Assembly: GCA_027483385.1 (NCBI GenBank)
Contig: JAIXUT010000195.1
Coordinates: 1-62,679 of the forward strand
Origin: Alphaproteobacteria bacterium
Lineage (GTDB): Bacteria > Pseudomonadota > Alphaproteobacteria > UBA2136 > UBA6156
Reading direction: 5' to 3'
Length of the DNA stretch: 62,679 bases
Positions 24,758 through 33,058 of this stretch are shown piece after piece; the first letter of the stretch is position 1, and every line of letters begins with the position of its first letter. The notes beneath the pieces are model-generated. The model did not search any database. It saw nothing but the letters and a program-made list of their open reading frames with translations, and had not been told where the DNA came from. The position numbers were made by a program, and so were the translations under genes.

Positions 24758-25243
24758 ATGGCCAGTACACCCAACGCAATCCAGCAAGTTTTTAACCCGA
24801 ACACACAGCGCATTTTGCTGCGGGTAGGCCTGTACTTGGGTATTGCAATTGTGCTGTCCTTGATTGTGGCACTTATCATCAAATTGTTCAAAAGCGCTAC
24901 TGGAAGTGGCACTGCTGATACCGGAAGCGGTGTAAATGCAGACGGAACCCCCACAACAACGCCATCCAACATAAAACGGTTGGCCGACGATTTGAAAGCC
25001 ACAAGCGGGTGGTTTTTCCCGCCTTGTTGGGCAAAACGATGCGACACGATTTTGGCTATGGCCGAACTGCCCGATTCTCAATTATTGCAAATGGGGCAGT
25101 ACTACCAGGCAACGTACAGTGAAAAAATGGTGGATGTATTTGCATCGTTTACCTTCAGTGGGTGCTGCTTCAAGTCTGCTGAATCCGTGGTAGAAGCAAA
25201 ATTAACCCAGGTACAGGAACGCGTAACAAGGCTGAATGTATGA
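24758..25243 (+). CDS. N-anchored membrane protein, paralog family member 3
   Basis: 161 aa with the TM segment VGLYLGIAIVLSLIVALII and C..ILAMAELPDSQLLQMGQYYQATY...CC. Confidence 0.6.
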   Translation: MASTPNAIQQVFNPNTQRILLRVGLYLGIAIVLSLIVALIIKLFKSATGSGTADTGSGVNADGTPTTTPSNIKRLADDLKATSGWFFPPCWAKRCDTILAMAELPDSQLLQMGQYYQATYSEKMVDVFASFTFSGCCFKSAESVVEAKLTQVQERVTRLNV

Positions 25244-25374
25244 TCCTAGGTAGTAGCACGAAATACATGGTCAAGTGGACCATTATCAATATCGTATCAT
25301 CGGTCATAGCATCGTTGATTGTGGCACTTATCATTGAACATCTCTTTCAAAAAAAAGAAAACAAAACCTCTTAA
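25240..25374 (+). CDS. Micro membrane protein (44 aa)
   Basis: ATGA overlap with the upstream gene. Sequence MILGSSTKYMVKWTIINIVSSVIASLIVALIIEHLFQKKENKTS. It is below the 60-aa cutoff of the ORF track. Confidence 0.5.
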   Translation: MILGSSTKYMVKWTIINIVSSVIASLIVALIIEHLFQKKENKTS

Positions 25375-25384
25375 AATCTGAACC

Positions 25385-25504
25385 ATGAACAAACTTGTCG
25401 GATCCCTGAAATTATGGCAATTCATTTTGGTTAACGTAGGCATCATGTTGGTGTTCGCGTTGGTAGCCAAACAAGTGGAAAAAGCCAAAACCGCAACGAA
25501 GTAG
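25385..25504 (+). CDS. Micro membrane protein (39 aa)
   Basis: MNKLVGSLKLWQFILVNVGIMLVFALVAKQVEKAKTATK, 10 nt after the previous stop. Confidence 0.5.
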   Translation: MNKLVGSLKLWQFILVNVGIMLVFALVAKQVEKAKTATK

Positions 25505-25507
25505 TAT

Positions 25508-25675
25508 ATGACCTTGATAGACGCACTCAACAAACTCAGCCAGGACGGGCTGAAAGTAAATGTCGCTTTTGACGTAAAAACCATTCAGCAATTCATGTTG
25601 TGGGGTGCGTTGGCCGCTATTGTAGCAGCCACTATTTCGGCCATTGTTGCATCATTTCTTGCCAAAAAAATGTAA
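25508..25675 (+). CDS. Micro membrane protein (55 aa)
   Basis: MTLIDALNKLSQDGLKVNVAFDVKTIQQFMLWGALAAIVAATISAIVASFLAKKM, 3 nt after the previous stop. Confidence 0.5.
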   Translation: MTLIDALNKLSQDGLKVNVAFDVKTIQQFMLWGALAAIVAATISAIVASFLAKKM

Positions 25676-25681
25676 GAATAG

Positions 25682-25837
25682 ATGAACGACGACCTGCTGA
25701 ATTTGCTCCAAACCGGTGATATAACTTACAAGTATGAGTACGATACTTATACTGCTGCTTATTTAGCCGGAGCAATCGTGCTGCTAATTTTTGTGTATGT
25801 GATTGCGCAAAACATAGTGCGCCGGTTGATCAAATAA
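25682..25837 (+). CDS. Micro membrane protein (51 aa)
   Basis: MNDDLLNLLQTGDITYKYEYDTYTAAYLAGAIVLLIFVYVIAQNIVRRLIK. Confidence 0.5.
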   Translation: MNDDLLNLLQTGDITYKYEYDTYTAAYLAGAIVLLIFVYVIAQNIVRRLIK

Positions 25838-25855
25838 CCTCAAAAAGTAAAAACC

Positions 25856-26281
25856 ATGCCCAATCCAAACGGATATTTTCAATCCGCATGTCGCAAGCGT
25901 ATCAAAACCCGCTTGGTTGATATTACCGATAAAGACTTTCATTTGAAGGTTACCACAAGTGCTGGCGGTTCTGCGGGACAATTCAACGTGCGCGTTGAAA
26001 TTTCGGCCAACAAGCCATTCAGCGACGTAGGTGGCATCACTCAATCGGGTACCGCGTCCTTGTTTGATGAGGATCCATGGACTGCTGCGGTGAAAACTGA
26101 CGCAGGCCCGAACGCTGCCAGTGCAAATGTACTTCCCCTCACTTTTACCAATGTGGTACAAACCTCCTCCAACGTGGGTAACACTTGGAAAATTACGGTT
26201 GTAAACTTGGTAATCACCGGTAAAGGTGGCCAGACGCTTACAGTACCAAGCATTACTTTTTCTATTCCTAGCCCTTTGTAG
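25856..26281 (+). CDS. Small beta-rich structural protein candidate (minor coat/vertex)
   Basis: 141 aa, Thr/Val/Ser-rich, with no TM segment. Confidence 0.45.
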   Translation: MPNPNGYFQSACRKRIKTRLVDITDKDFHLKVTTSAGGSAGQFNVRVEISANKPFSDVGGITQSGTASLFDEDPWTAAVKTDAGPNAASANVLPLTFTNVVQTSSNVGNTWKITVVNLVITGKGGQTLTVPSITFSIPSPL

Positions 26282-26302
26282 GGTAGGGGTATTTAAATAA
26301 TT

Positions 26303-26352
26303 GGGTACCCGCGAGGGATGCCCCGACTGGCACCCGCAAGGGATGCCCCAAC
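26303..26352 (+). repeat. Late-gene hairpin repeats, 2 tandem copies
   Basis: gggtacccgcgagggatgccccgac (26303) and ggcacccgcaagggatgccccaac (26329), 11 nt before ATG 26364. Confidence 0.8.
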
Positions 26353-26363
26353 GATAGATAAAA

Positions 26364-27383
26364 ATGAGCGGAAACTGCGGTAATAAACCTCCAGTACTAC
26401 GCCTGACACGCCGTACGGTGTATCAGGTAGTGAACCTTGTGTGGAATGATCGGAACAAATGTGCCGGTGCTCCAACACAGCGCCGTTTGCGCTGGAATTT
26501 TTACCGCAAAGGCAATTTGATTTATCAAACTGCTTTTGGAGCCACAGGTGCTTCTTTGCCCATCGGCAACGGTAGTACATACTTGTACCTAAATGCTACG
26601 CCTGCCGAAATTTCCGCTTATTTGATTGCACAAATGGTAAGTATTTCCGAAGGGGAAGTGCTTACCATTCGTGTGCAAGCCGTGAATTGTGATGCAGAAT
26701 ACGCGCTAAGCAATCCAATGCTTTTTCAGGCTACTATTCCTGTTTCGGGGTGCGATTGTGTGTATAACCGAACGCAAGTTACTGGCCTGACTGGTAATAG
26801 CGCATCGCTGCCTAGCCCCCTGAATGGCACCAATGGCATTTTGGCCTTCAAAAACGGAGTGCTGAATTACGGCGGATTGAATTTTGCCGCAAATGTGTTG
26901 GAAAGTGAAAACGAAGTGCAGTTCGTCACCATCGAAAACTGCACGACACCGCTTACCATATCATCGGTGGTAACGGGTATTACAGGCGGATCCGTACCAA
27001 TACCATCGGCATTTTTGCCATTATCTAATACCGAATACATGGTGTTCCGTAATGGGTTATTAGTGCGATCCATTGCTATTTTATCCGGGAATCTCGTGCT
27101 GGAAGGCACTTTGTCTGTACCTGAAGATGAATGGCTGTTTGTAGCGCTTAATACAAATCCGGCCAATGGATGTGTATTTGGCAAAATTACGATCGGTGCA
27201 AATATTTCAGGCGCAACGGCTATGCTTCCTTCAACCTATTCCGCTTCTAACCAAAACAAATGGCTGCTATTCAGGAATGGCGTTTTGCAGCATCCTGGTA
27301 ACGCATATACCGTTTCCGGCAACATGTTGTCGTTTGTCGACGCATTAGTTGGGGATGAACTTTGGATACAAACAATTGAGTAA
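26364..27383 (+). CDS. Structural protein with three internal ~70-aa repeats
   Basis: 339 aa. The repeated motif F(K/R)NG(V/L)L...SGN(L/M)...(E/D)EW(L/I) occurs three times. Confidence 0.55.
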   Translation: MSGNCGNKPPVLRLTRRTVYQVVNLVWNDRNKCAGAPTQRRLRWNFYRKGNLIYQTAFGATGASLPIGNGSTYLYLNATPAEISAYLIAQMVSISEGEVLTIRVQAVNCDAEYALSNPMLFQATIPVSGCDCVYNRTQVTGLTGNSASLPSPLNGTNGILAFKNGVLNYGGLNFAANVLESENEVQFVTIENCTTPLTISSVVTGITGGSVPIPSAFLPLSNTEYMVFRNGLLVRSIAILSGNLVLEGTLSVPEDEWLFVALNTNPANGCVFGKITIGANISGATAMLPSTYSASNQNKWLLFRNGVLQHPGNAYTVSGNMLSFVDALVGDELWIQTIE

Positions 27384-27408
27384 GGGTACCCGCAAGGGAT
27401 GCCCCGAC
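27384..27408 (+). repeat. Late-gene hairpin repeat
   Basis: gggtacccgcaagggatgccccgac, 16 nt before ATG 27425. Confidence 0.8.
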
Positions 27409-27424
27409 AACAAAGACCAAAACC

Positions 27425-28564
27425 ATGAACTTATCTCGCATTCTTTTTTCAATGATTTTTGCGCTTTTGATGGCTTTCGGGCTTTCGGCACAAAAGGTCA
27501 ATCCGGCTACTCAAATCAAGCAAAACGGCGCTACATCAGGCCAGGTACTTCAATGGACCGGAAGCGGATGGAACCCGGCAACCGTAGTTAATACCGTAAG
27601 CAACGGTTTAACTAAAACAGGCAGTTCCGTCGTATTGGGCGGTGCACTTACGGGTAATACCTCAATTACGGGCGCAGATCTTTACGAATTGAATATTTCG
27701 GCGATCAATCAATTTTCGCTTACCAAAGGTATTAATTCATTGATTTTTAAGCCTAAGCAGTTTTTTACCCAAGTTGCCACAGCGAGCGATAAGATCAGCC
27801 AAATTGATATGAACAATGCCCAGGTAAATCTTGTGGTAAGTCATTTTGGCTTTCTTTTGAAAAAATTTATGATTGACAGCTCGGGGTATAGTATCCTGAA
27901 TTTGCCATATAAAAGCGGTGGTAGTTTATTGCTTTGGGATAGTACCACTAACAAACTAACCCAACTTCCTGCCTCTTATTTCAAAACGGTGTCAACCGGT
28001 GCAACACTTACCGGCACTGGTACTCCTGCAAGTCCGCTTGGTATTGCGCAACAAAGCGCAACATCAGGCCAAGTTTTGCAATGGAATGGAAGTGCTTGGG
28101 TACCTGCTACAATTGCGTCAGGAAGTTTAAGCACATACAGCGCCGGGAGCGGGTGTATTGTAACCGCTACGGGCACGGGCATCACTTTTGTACGCACTAC
28201 GACCAGCGAATGGGTAATTAATATCCCGAGCGGTGTAGAGTTACTTTCCTTCGAAATATACAGCACTTCGGGCCAAAATCCGGGTGCTTCAGCCTACCTG
28301 AACTTTAACTATTCAGGCACTAGGCCATACAACAACAATACGGACGGCAGCGATGCCAACCCGCCTATTATGAAGGGCGTGAACCTGAGTGCCAATGGAA
28401 CGGCCATTACCCGCAGTAACGAACAGCCCTACGACCTCACCACAGGTGCAACCAACCTTATTTTCAAATTGAGCGCGGTAGGTAGTGCCGACCTCGAGGT
28501 AAAAATTGAAAATTATACCACTGTGTTAGGATCGGGCGCAAGCCTTTTGAAAGGTCATTTGTAA
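27425..28564 (+). CDS. Fibre/spike-like protein with Sec-type signal peptide
   Basis: 379 aa. N-terminus MNLSRILFSMIFALLMAFGLSAQ. The motif ATSGQVLQW.GS.W.PAT occurs twice. Confidence 0.6.
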   Translation: MNLSRILFSMIFALLMAFGLSAQKVNPATQIKQNGATSGQVLQWTGSGWNPATVVNTVSNGLTKTGSSVVLGGALTGNTSITGADLYELNISAINQFSLTKGINSLIFKPKQFFTQVATASDKISQIDMNNAQVNLVVSHFGFLLKKFMIDSSGYSILNLPYKSGGSLLLWDSTTNKLTQLPASYFKTVSTGATLTGTGTPASPLGIAQQSATSGQVLQWNGSAWVPATIASGSLSTYSAGSGCIVTATGTGITFVRTTTSEWVINIPSGVELLSFEIYSTSGQNPGASAYLNFNYSGTRPYNNNTDGSDANPPIMKGVNLSANGTAITRSNEQPYDLTTGATNLIFKLSAVGSADLEVKIENYTTVLGSGASLLKGHL

Positions 28565-28643
28565 GCAGAAATTGGCATATATGCCGGTTTGATAGCATTT
28601 ACAACGCCAATTTTGATCAAAAAAAATACTCCAAATAACCACC

Positions 28644-31600
28644 ATGCGTAAATATTTGATTCCAATTATAATGTTGCTTATGGCCGTGATGCATGTAGAT
28701 GCACAAACGGTCAATGAGCGATTTTCGGGCTACGGCGTTATACAGGGCCGCACCGGAACTGGTCCATCTTATACCCTCAATATTGTTTCTTTTCAGGGCA
28801 GCCCCCGTTTTCAGCCCAACGGCACCTGGTTAGGTACCGATGTGTTGGTCGGCGATGTTGTATGGATTGATTGTGGCCGCTATGTTATTACGGCCAAAAA
28901 CTCAGCAGGCATAAGTAGCATGAACGTGACGGTGCAAATACCAGCCGCCGATGTTACAGCAGGTGTTACAGAACCGCCAACCGGGCAAGTGTGCGCGGTT
29001 ATGCGCGAATTGCCAGGGGCTATTCCGGCGTTTCCCGTTTCGGGCGACAATGCGGGCAGTGGGATACCGATTACGCTTAGTTCTTGTATTTTGAGCCATT
29101 ATGCGGGGATCCCAAAAGTGGATTCGGTGCGTACCACCTCGAGTAATGGAGGCGTGGTTGTTAAGGTGAATACCGTATCGGCACCGGCTGTTGAAATTTT
29201 GCCTGGTGCGATTGCTTCGGGTGGGGCTACGAGTGGGCAGGTATTGAAGTTCGATGGGAGCAATTGGGCTCCTGGTACTGACAATAATAGTGGAGGAAGT
29301 AGCGGCGGGAATCTATATGCTTTAGATACTGTAACACAAACGGCACATGGCTTTCGGGTAATGGATGCTGTTTTAGATACTTCAACTACGAGTACAAACA
29401 AATTCATAAAAGGCAATACAAGTAATCAAAACCTTCTACCTTCTCATTTGGTAGTAGATAGTTTGTCGGCAAATACGTTTGTTGTGCAGCGAGGAGGCTA
29501 CGTAAAGAAGAATCAAACGCGATTCACTGCTCGACAGGTGTACTATCTGCGGGATGATGGCAATTACGCATCATTGCCTGATGAAAACTATAATTTTCCT
29601 GTTTTTTCAATTACAGCTACCACTACGCCGATTTATTTAACCCCTTTTGTCGGAGGAAGTGGTGGTGGAAGTGGCATTGTCGATTCAGTTCGCGCAAGTT
29701 CTACCAATAACGGTATTGTGGTAAAAGTAAACCAGACATCTTCTCCTGCGGTGGAGATACTACCTGGCGCTATTGCGCAGGCAGGTGCTACGAGCGGAAA
29801 TGCACTTAAATGGAATGGTAGCAATTATGCACCCGGAAACATTGCAGCATCTGAGGTTACTTTTTCACCAATTACCAACATTACAGCTATTACTACACAG
29901 GAAGCAATAACTGAAACATCGGTAAAAAAAGACCTGTATTACAATCAGCTAAGAGATACCTTACCATGGAATGTTATAAAGGGGGAAGGAACTGCGACCG
30001 TTACGAGTGGGCCAATTCCTCAATCATATACCGGCGCCGGTTGCAACGTGACTTACGTATCTGCTCCATCATCAATACCAAATTCTGTTCGCCTTAAATA
30101 TAATCGGCGAATAAGAGGAAATGTGGCAACAGGCTCGTGTTTTGCATCTCGGACAATAACATGGCCAAGTCCTAAGCCTACAAAATTTGGGTGGGGATTT
30201 TGGGTCAACAATTTGCAGGTAGATACAATCTATCCTGGCACAACTGCTATGCAATGGTGGTTATACACGACTACAATAGTGGGGCTTCCTTCGTTTGCAA
30301 TCAGAGATATGATACAAAAAATAGGGAACAGCGCTACGGCTAACTTTTCGGTGGCCAGCAATTTCTCGGGTACTTGGACGGCGACGTGTATTGATAAAAA
30401 AGATGGCTACTCTTACATTGCAATAAATATAACTAACTTGGTGTATGATCCAGCATACACATCGCCAACCTGGGTACTTTACGACATTAAAAACAACGTA
30501 ACAGCAAGCCTGAATAACCGAAACTTTGATTATATCGGTTTTACTTGGCTTTGGGGCGAAACTATAACGTCTTCATCGGTTTACCCGGATGGCGGTGTAG
30601 TTCTCCAGTATCCGTACCCAACAGAAAAAGCGACAACCTCTGTAACATCGTTTAACGGGCGAGGAGGTGCAATTACACCGGTAAGTGGAGATTACACTGC
30701 CAGTACAATACCCTATACTCCGTCTGGAGGAAGCATAAGCACCGCATCAACTACAACTCAATTAGCGGTTGATGAATTATCAAAAGTAACAAGAAATAAC
30801 CTGTTGGCAGCAGGCGATACCCTACCATGGAACGTCATAAAAGGGGAGGGCACCGCAACCATTACAGGCGGGCCAATACCACAGTCTTTAGGAACGACAG
30901 GATTTACCAGCGCCTATGTCCCTACGACCTCTAATATGCCTAATTCGCACCGACTAAAATATTACAGACGGTTGATTGGTAACGCGGCATCTGGAAACTG
31001 CTTTTGGGTTACCCCTTCAATCACTTGGCCAACACCCAAGCCTACACAATTTGGATGGGGTTTTTGGGTTAGCGATACGCAAATAGATACAGTATTCCCA
31101 GGAACTACACAAAAAGTATTTTGGATATACCAAGCAAGTTTTGGGCAGGTTATTGAACCCTCTTTTCAAATCAGAAATCTGATACAAAGGGTAGGGAATA
31201 CCTCTACGGCAAATTTCAACTCAGTAGGGAAAGTATCTGGCACATGGACAGCAACTTGCCTTGACAAGCGTAACGGATACTCATATATTGCAGTCAATAT
31301 CACGAATCTTGTATTTGGTGTTGATATTGCAACGACATTTACTTTTTACGATTACATGCAAGGCGTTGTTGCCAATTTAAATGGGCGTAGACTAGACTAT
31401 ATAGGATTCACATGGCTTTGGGGTAACACAATAAATACATCATCGGTGTATCCAGATGGCGGTGCAGTTCAGCAATATCCAGTTCCAACCCAATATGTGG
31501 ATAAAAAATTTGGCGCAATAGACGCTACTTTGGCAACTTCACTAACATCGCAAACTGCCGGTACTATAATTGATTCCTTGTATAGCGGTATTTCAGTGCT

Positions 31601-33056
31601 AAAATCAGGATCATCTATATATGTAAGGTCGCCATACAATTCAACGCAGGACTTAGTTCATGTGCTTGGTTACAGCACTGGATCACAGATTAATCTTGGC
31701 GCAAGGGTAGTCCCTAAATCATCTTCAATTAATTTATCTGTTTATAGCGCTGCTGAGGTAATTAATTCGGGCAGCGACGATGCGGCCCCAATTAGCGTAA
31801 ATGGGACTTATATTGGAGCAAACCACGGGTGCAGTGACCTTAGAGTTGTTACTGCTACGGCGCACGGGAAAACAACGGCTGATGTTGGCAGTAAATGGAG
31901 GGATGCTGCCAGCAAAGACTTTTTTCTTGTCAAAATAGTAAACGCAAACGATCTTTGGTTTTTGTCGGTAGATACCTCATCTTCCGGCGATATATGGAAG
32001 CACGTGCTCACAATCACCGGAAACTTGACGCACGTTTCGGGCGCTACAAATACAGGTACCATTACAGTTGCATCCTATGTTGGCGGCCAAATGATGCCAG
32101 CAATAAAAAATTGTACGAACCAGTATTTGCTGGACGGCAAAAAGCCAATTACAGCAGATGGGATATATTATGGCCAATTCTTAGACATAATCAACAACTA
32201 TGATATTGTAGACCCTTCTAGTGCGGCTCTATACCTTAGCACACACATAGGGACGACGGACCTTACACAAGGCGACACTTTTGTAGGCCAAAAAATTGTA
32301 CATAGAATTGATAAGTGGGGGACCGTTCTTATAATGAACGATGTGGTTTTTTACAAAACTGCAAATCTTGGATACTTTGGATTTACACAGGTTTCTCCAT
32401 TGTCTACGGCGACTTACCCGAACAGGAAATTTTATTATCCTCGTACCCTTCCGGTATCAGATGGTGCAACAAGTTGGGATTTTAGAACGCTGAGAGATTT
32501 TACCACGTTTCCAGCCGCCGCCTTAAACTTTACGTCAGCCTTTTGGGAAACATCTGGCTTTGTTCCTGAAAGGGCAATTGAGTACATAGCAAATGGAAGC
32601 AATCTAATCCATGGTTTTGCACATGGATTTGTTCCTACTCTTGGTGTTGGGGATAGCATACAAAGGTTTGCGAGCGTAAATAATGCTGGTTTTATATTCA
32701 CATCAGGCAAGAACTATCCTTTTGGGATAGATACAAAAATAGGCTCTCCGGTAACAGCCGGAACATGGAAAAGCGCTGTGGCATACCGCCGATACTTTGA
32801 CGCAAGCGCAAATAGTCTTGGCAAGAAAAGTAGTTTGTACTACTATACCGTTGGAAGTGAAACATTTGTATATGTTGATTACCATACGACGGTAAAAGGG
32901 GATAAAGTATCGCTTCCTGCGGAGTTGCGCGGGAAAAAGATATCGGTAGTCTACAAATCATCAAACCTTACAATCAACAGTCAATTCTCAACGGATGGCA
33001 TATTTATCAGTATGCCAACGGGAAGTTACGGTTTTGTTTGCCTAAAATTAATTTAA
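28644..33056 (+). CDS. Giant fibre/spike-like protein with Sec-type signal peptide and internal duplications
   Basis: 1470 aa. N-terminus MRKYLIPIIMLLMAVMHVDAQ. The GATSGQVLKFDGSNWAPG-type motif occurs twice, and there are two ~225-aa homologous domains ~287 aa apart (DTLPWNVIKGEGTAT...WLWG.TI..SSVYPDGG). Confidence 0.7.
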   Translation: MRKYLIPIIMLLMAVMHVDAQTVNERFSGYGVIQGRTGTGPSYTLNIVSFQGSPRFQPNGTWLGTDVLVGDVVWIDCGRYVITAKNSAGISSMNVTVQIPAADVTAGVTEPPTGQVCAVMRELPGAIPAFPVSGDNAGSGIPITLSSCILSHYAGIPKVDSVRTTSSNGGVVVKVNTVSAPAVEILPGAIASGGATSGQVLKFDGSNWAPGTDNNSGGSSGGNLYALDTVTQTAHGFRVMDAVLDTSTTSTNKFIKGNTSNQNLLPSHLVVDSLSANTFVVQRGGYVKKNQTRFTARQVYYLRDDGNYASLPDENYNFPVFSITATTTPIYLTPFVGGSGGGSGIVDSVRASSTNNGIVVKVNQTSSPAVEILPGAIAQAGATSGNALKWNGSNYAPGNIAASEVTFSPITNITAITTQEAITETSVKKDLYYNQLRDTLPWNVIKGEGTATVTSGPIPQSYTGAGCNVTYVSAPSSIPNSVRLKYNRRIRGNVATGSCFASRTITWPSPKPTKFGWGFWVNNLQVDTIYPGTTAMQWWLYTTTIVGLPSFAIRDMIQKIGNSATANFSVASNFSGTWTATCIDKKDGYSYIAINITNLVYDPAYTSPTWVLYDIKNNVTASLNNRNFDYIGFTWLWGETITSSSVYPDGGVVLQYPYPTEKATTSVTSFNGRGGAITPVSGDYTASTIPYTPSGGSISTASTTTQLAVDELSKVTRNNLLAAGDTLPWNVIKGEGTATITGGPIPQSLGTTGFTSAYVPTTSNMPNSHRLKYYRRLIGNAASGNCFWVTPSITWPTPKPTQFGWGFWVSDTQIDTVFPGTTQKVFWIYQASFGQVIEPSFQIRNLIQRVGNTSTANFNSVGKVSGTWTATCLDKRNGYSYIAVNITNLVFGVDIATTFTFYDYMQGVVANLNGRRLDYIGFTWLWGNTINTSSVYPDGGAVQQYPVPTQYVDKKFGAIDATLATSLTSQTAGTIIDSLYSGISVLKSGSSIYVRSPYNSTQDLVHVLGYSTGSQINLGARVVPKSSSINLSVYSAAEVINSGSDDAAPISVNGTYIGANHGCSDLRVVTATAHGKTTADVGSKWRDAASKDFFLVKIVNANDLWFLSVDTSSSGDIWKHVLTITGNLTHVSGATNTGTITVASYVGGQMMPAIKNCTNQYLLDGKKPITADGIYYGQFLDIINNYDIVDPSSAALYLSTHIGTTDLTQGDTFVGQKIVHRIDKWGTVLIMNDVVFYKTANLGYFGFTQVSPLSTATYPNRKFYYPRTLPVSDGATSWDFRTLRDFTTFPAAALNFTSAFWETSGFVPERAIEYIANGSNLIHGFAHGFVPTLGVGDSIQRFASVNNAGFIFTSGKNYPFGIDTKIGSPVTAGTWKSAVAYRRYFDASANSLGKKSSLYYYTVGSETFVYVDYHTTVKGDKVSLPAELRGKKISVVYKSSNLTINSQFSTDGIFISMPTGSYGFVCLKLI
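29955..31490 (+). repeat. Diverged tandem domain duplication inside the 1470-aa gene
   Basis: Unit 1 spans ~29955-30620 and unit 2 ~30815-31490 (period ~860 bp). A shorter duplicated module lies at ~29110-29280 and ~29680-29850. Confidence 0.75.
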
Positions 33057-33058
33057 AC

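Noticed and set aside
29100-31490. Diversity-generating retroelement (template/variable repeat) targeting the fibre gene.
   Set aside because: No reverse transcriptase gene is present. The duplicated units differ at all four bases rather than at A-specific positions, and they are hundreds of bp long and in-frame domain copies.
32890-33056. Possible T9SS C-terminal sorting domain on the 1470-aa protein (...PTGSYGFVCLKLI).
   Set aside because: Only a G-x-Y-like fragment near the end resembles the CTD. The upstream conserved blocks seen clearly in the lipase CTD are missing, so this was not claimed.
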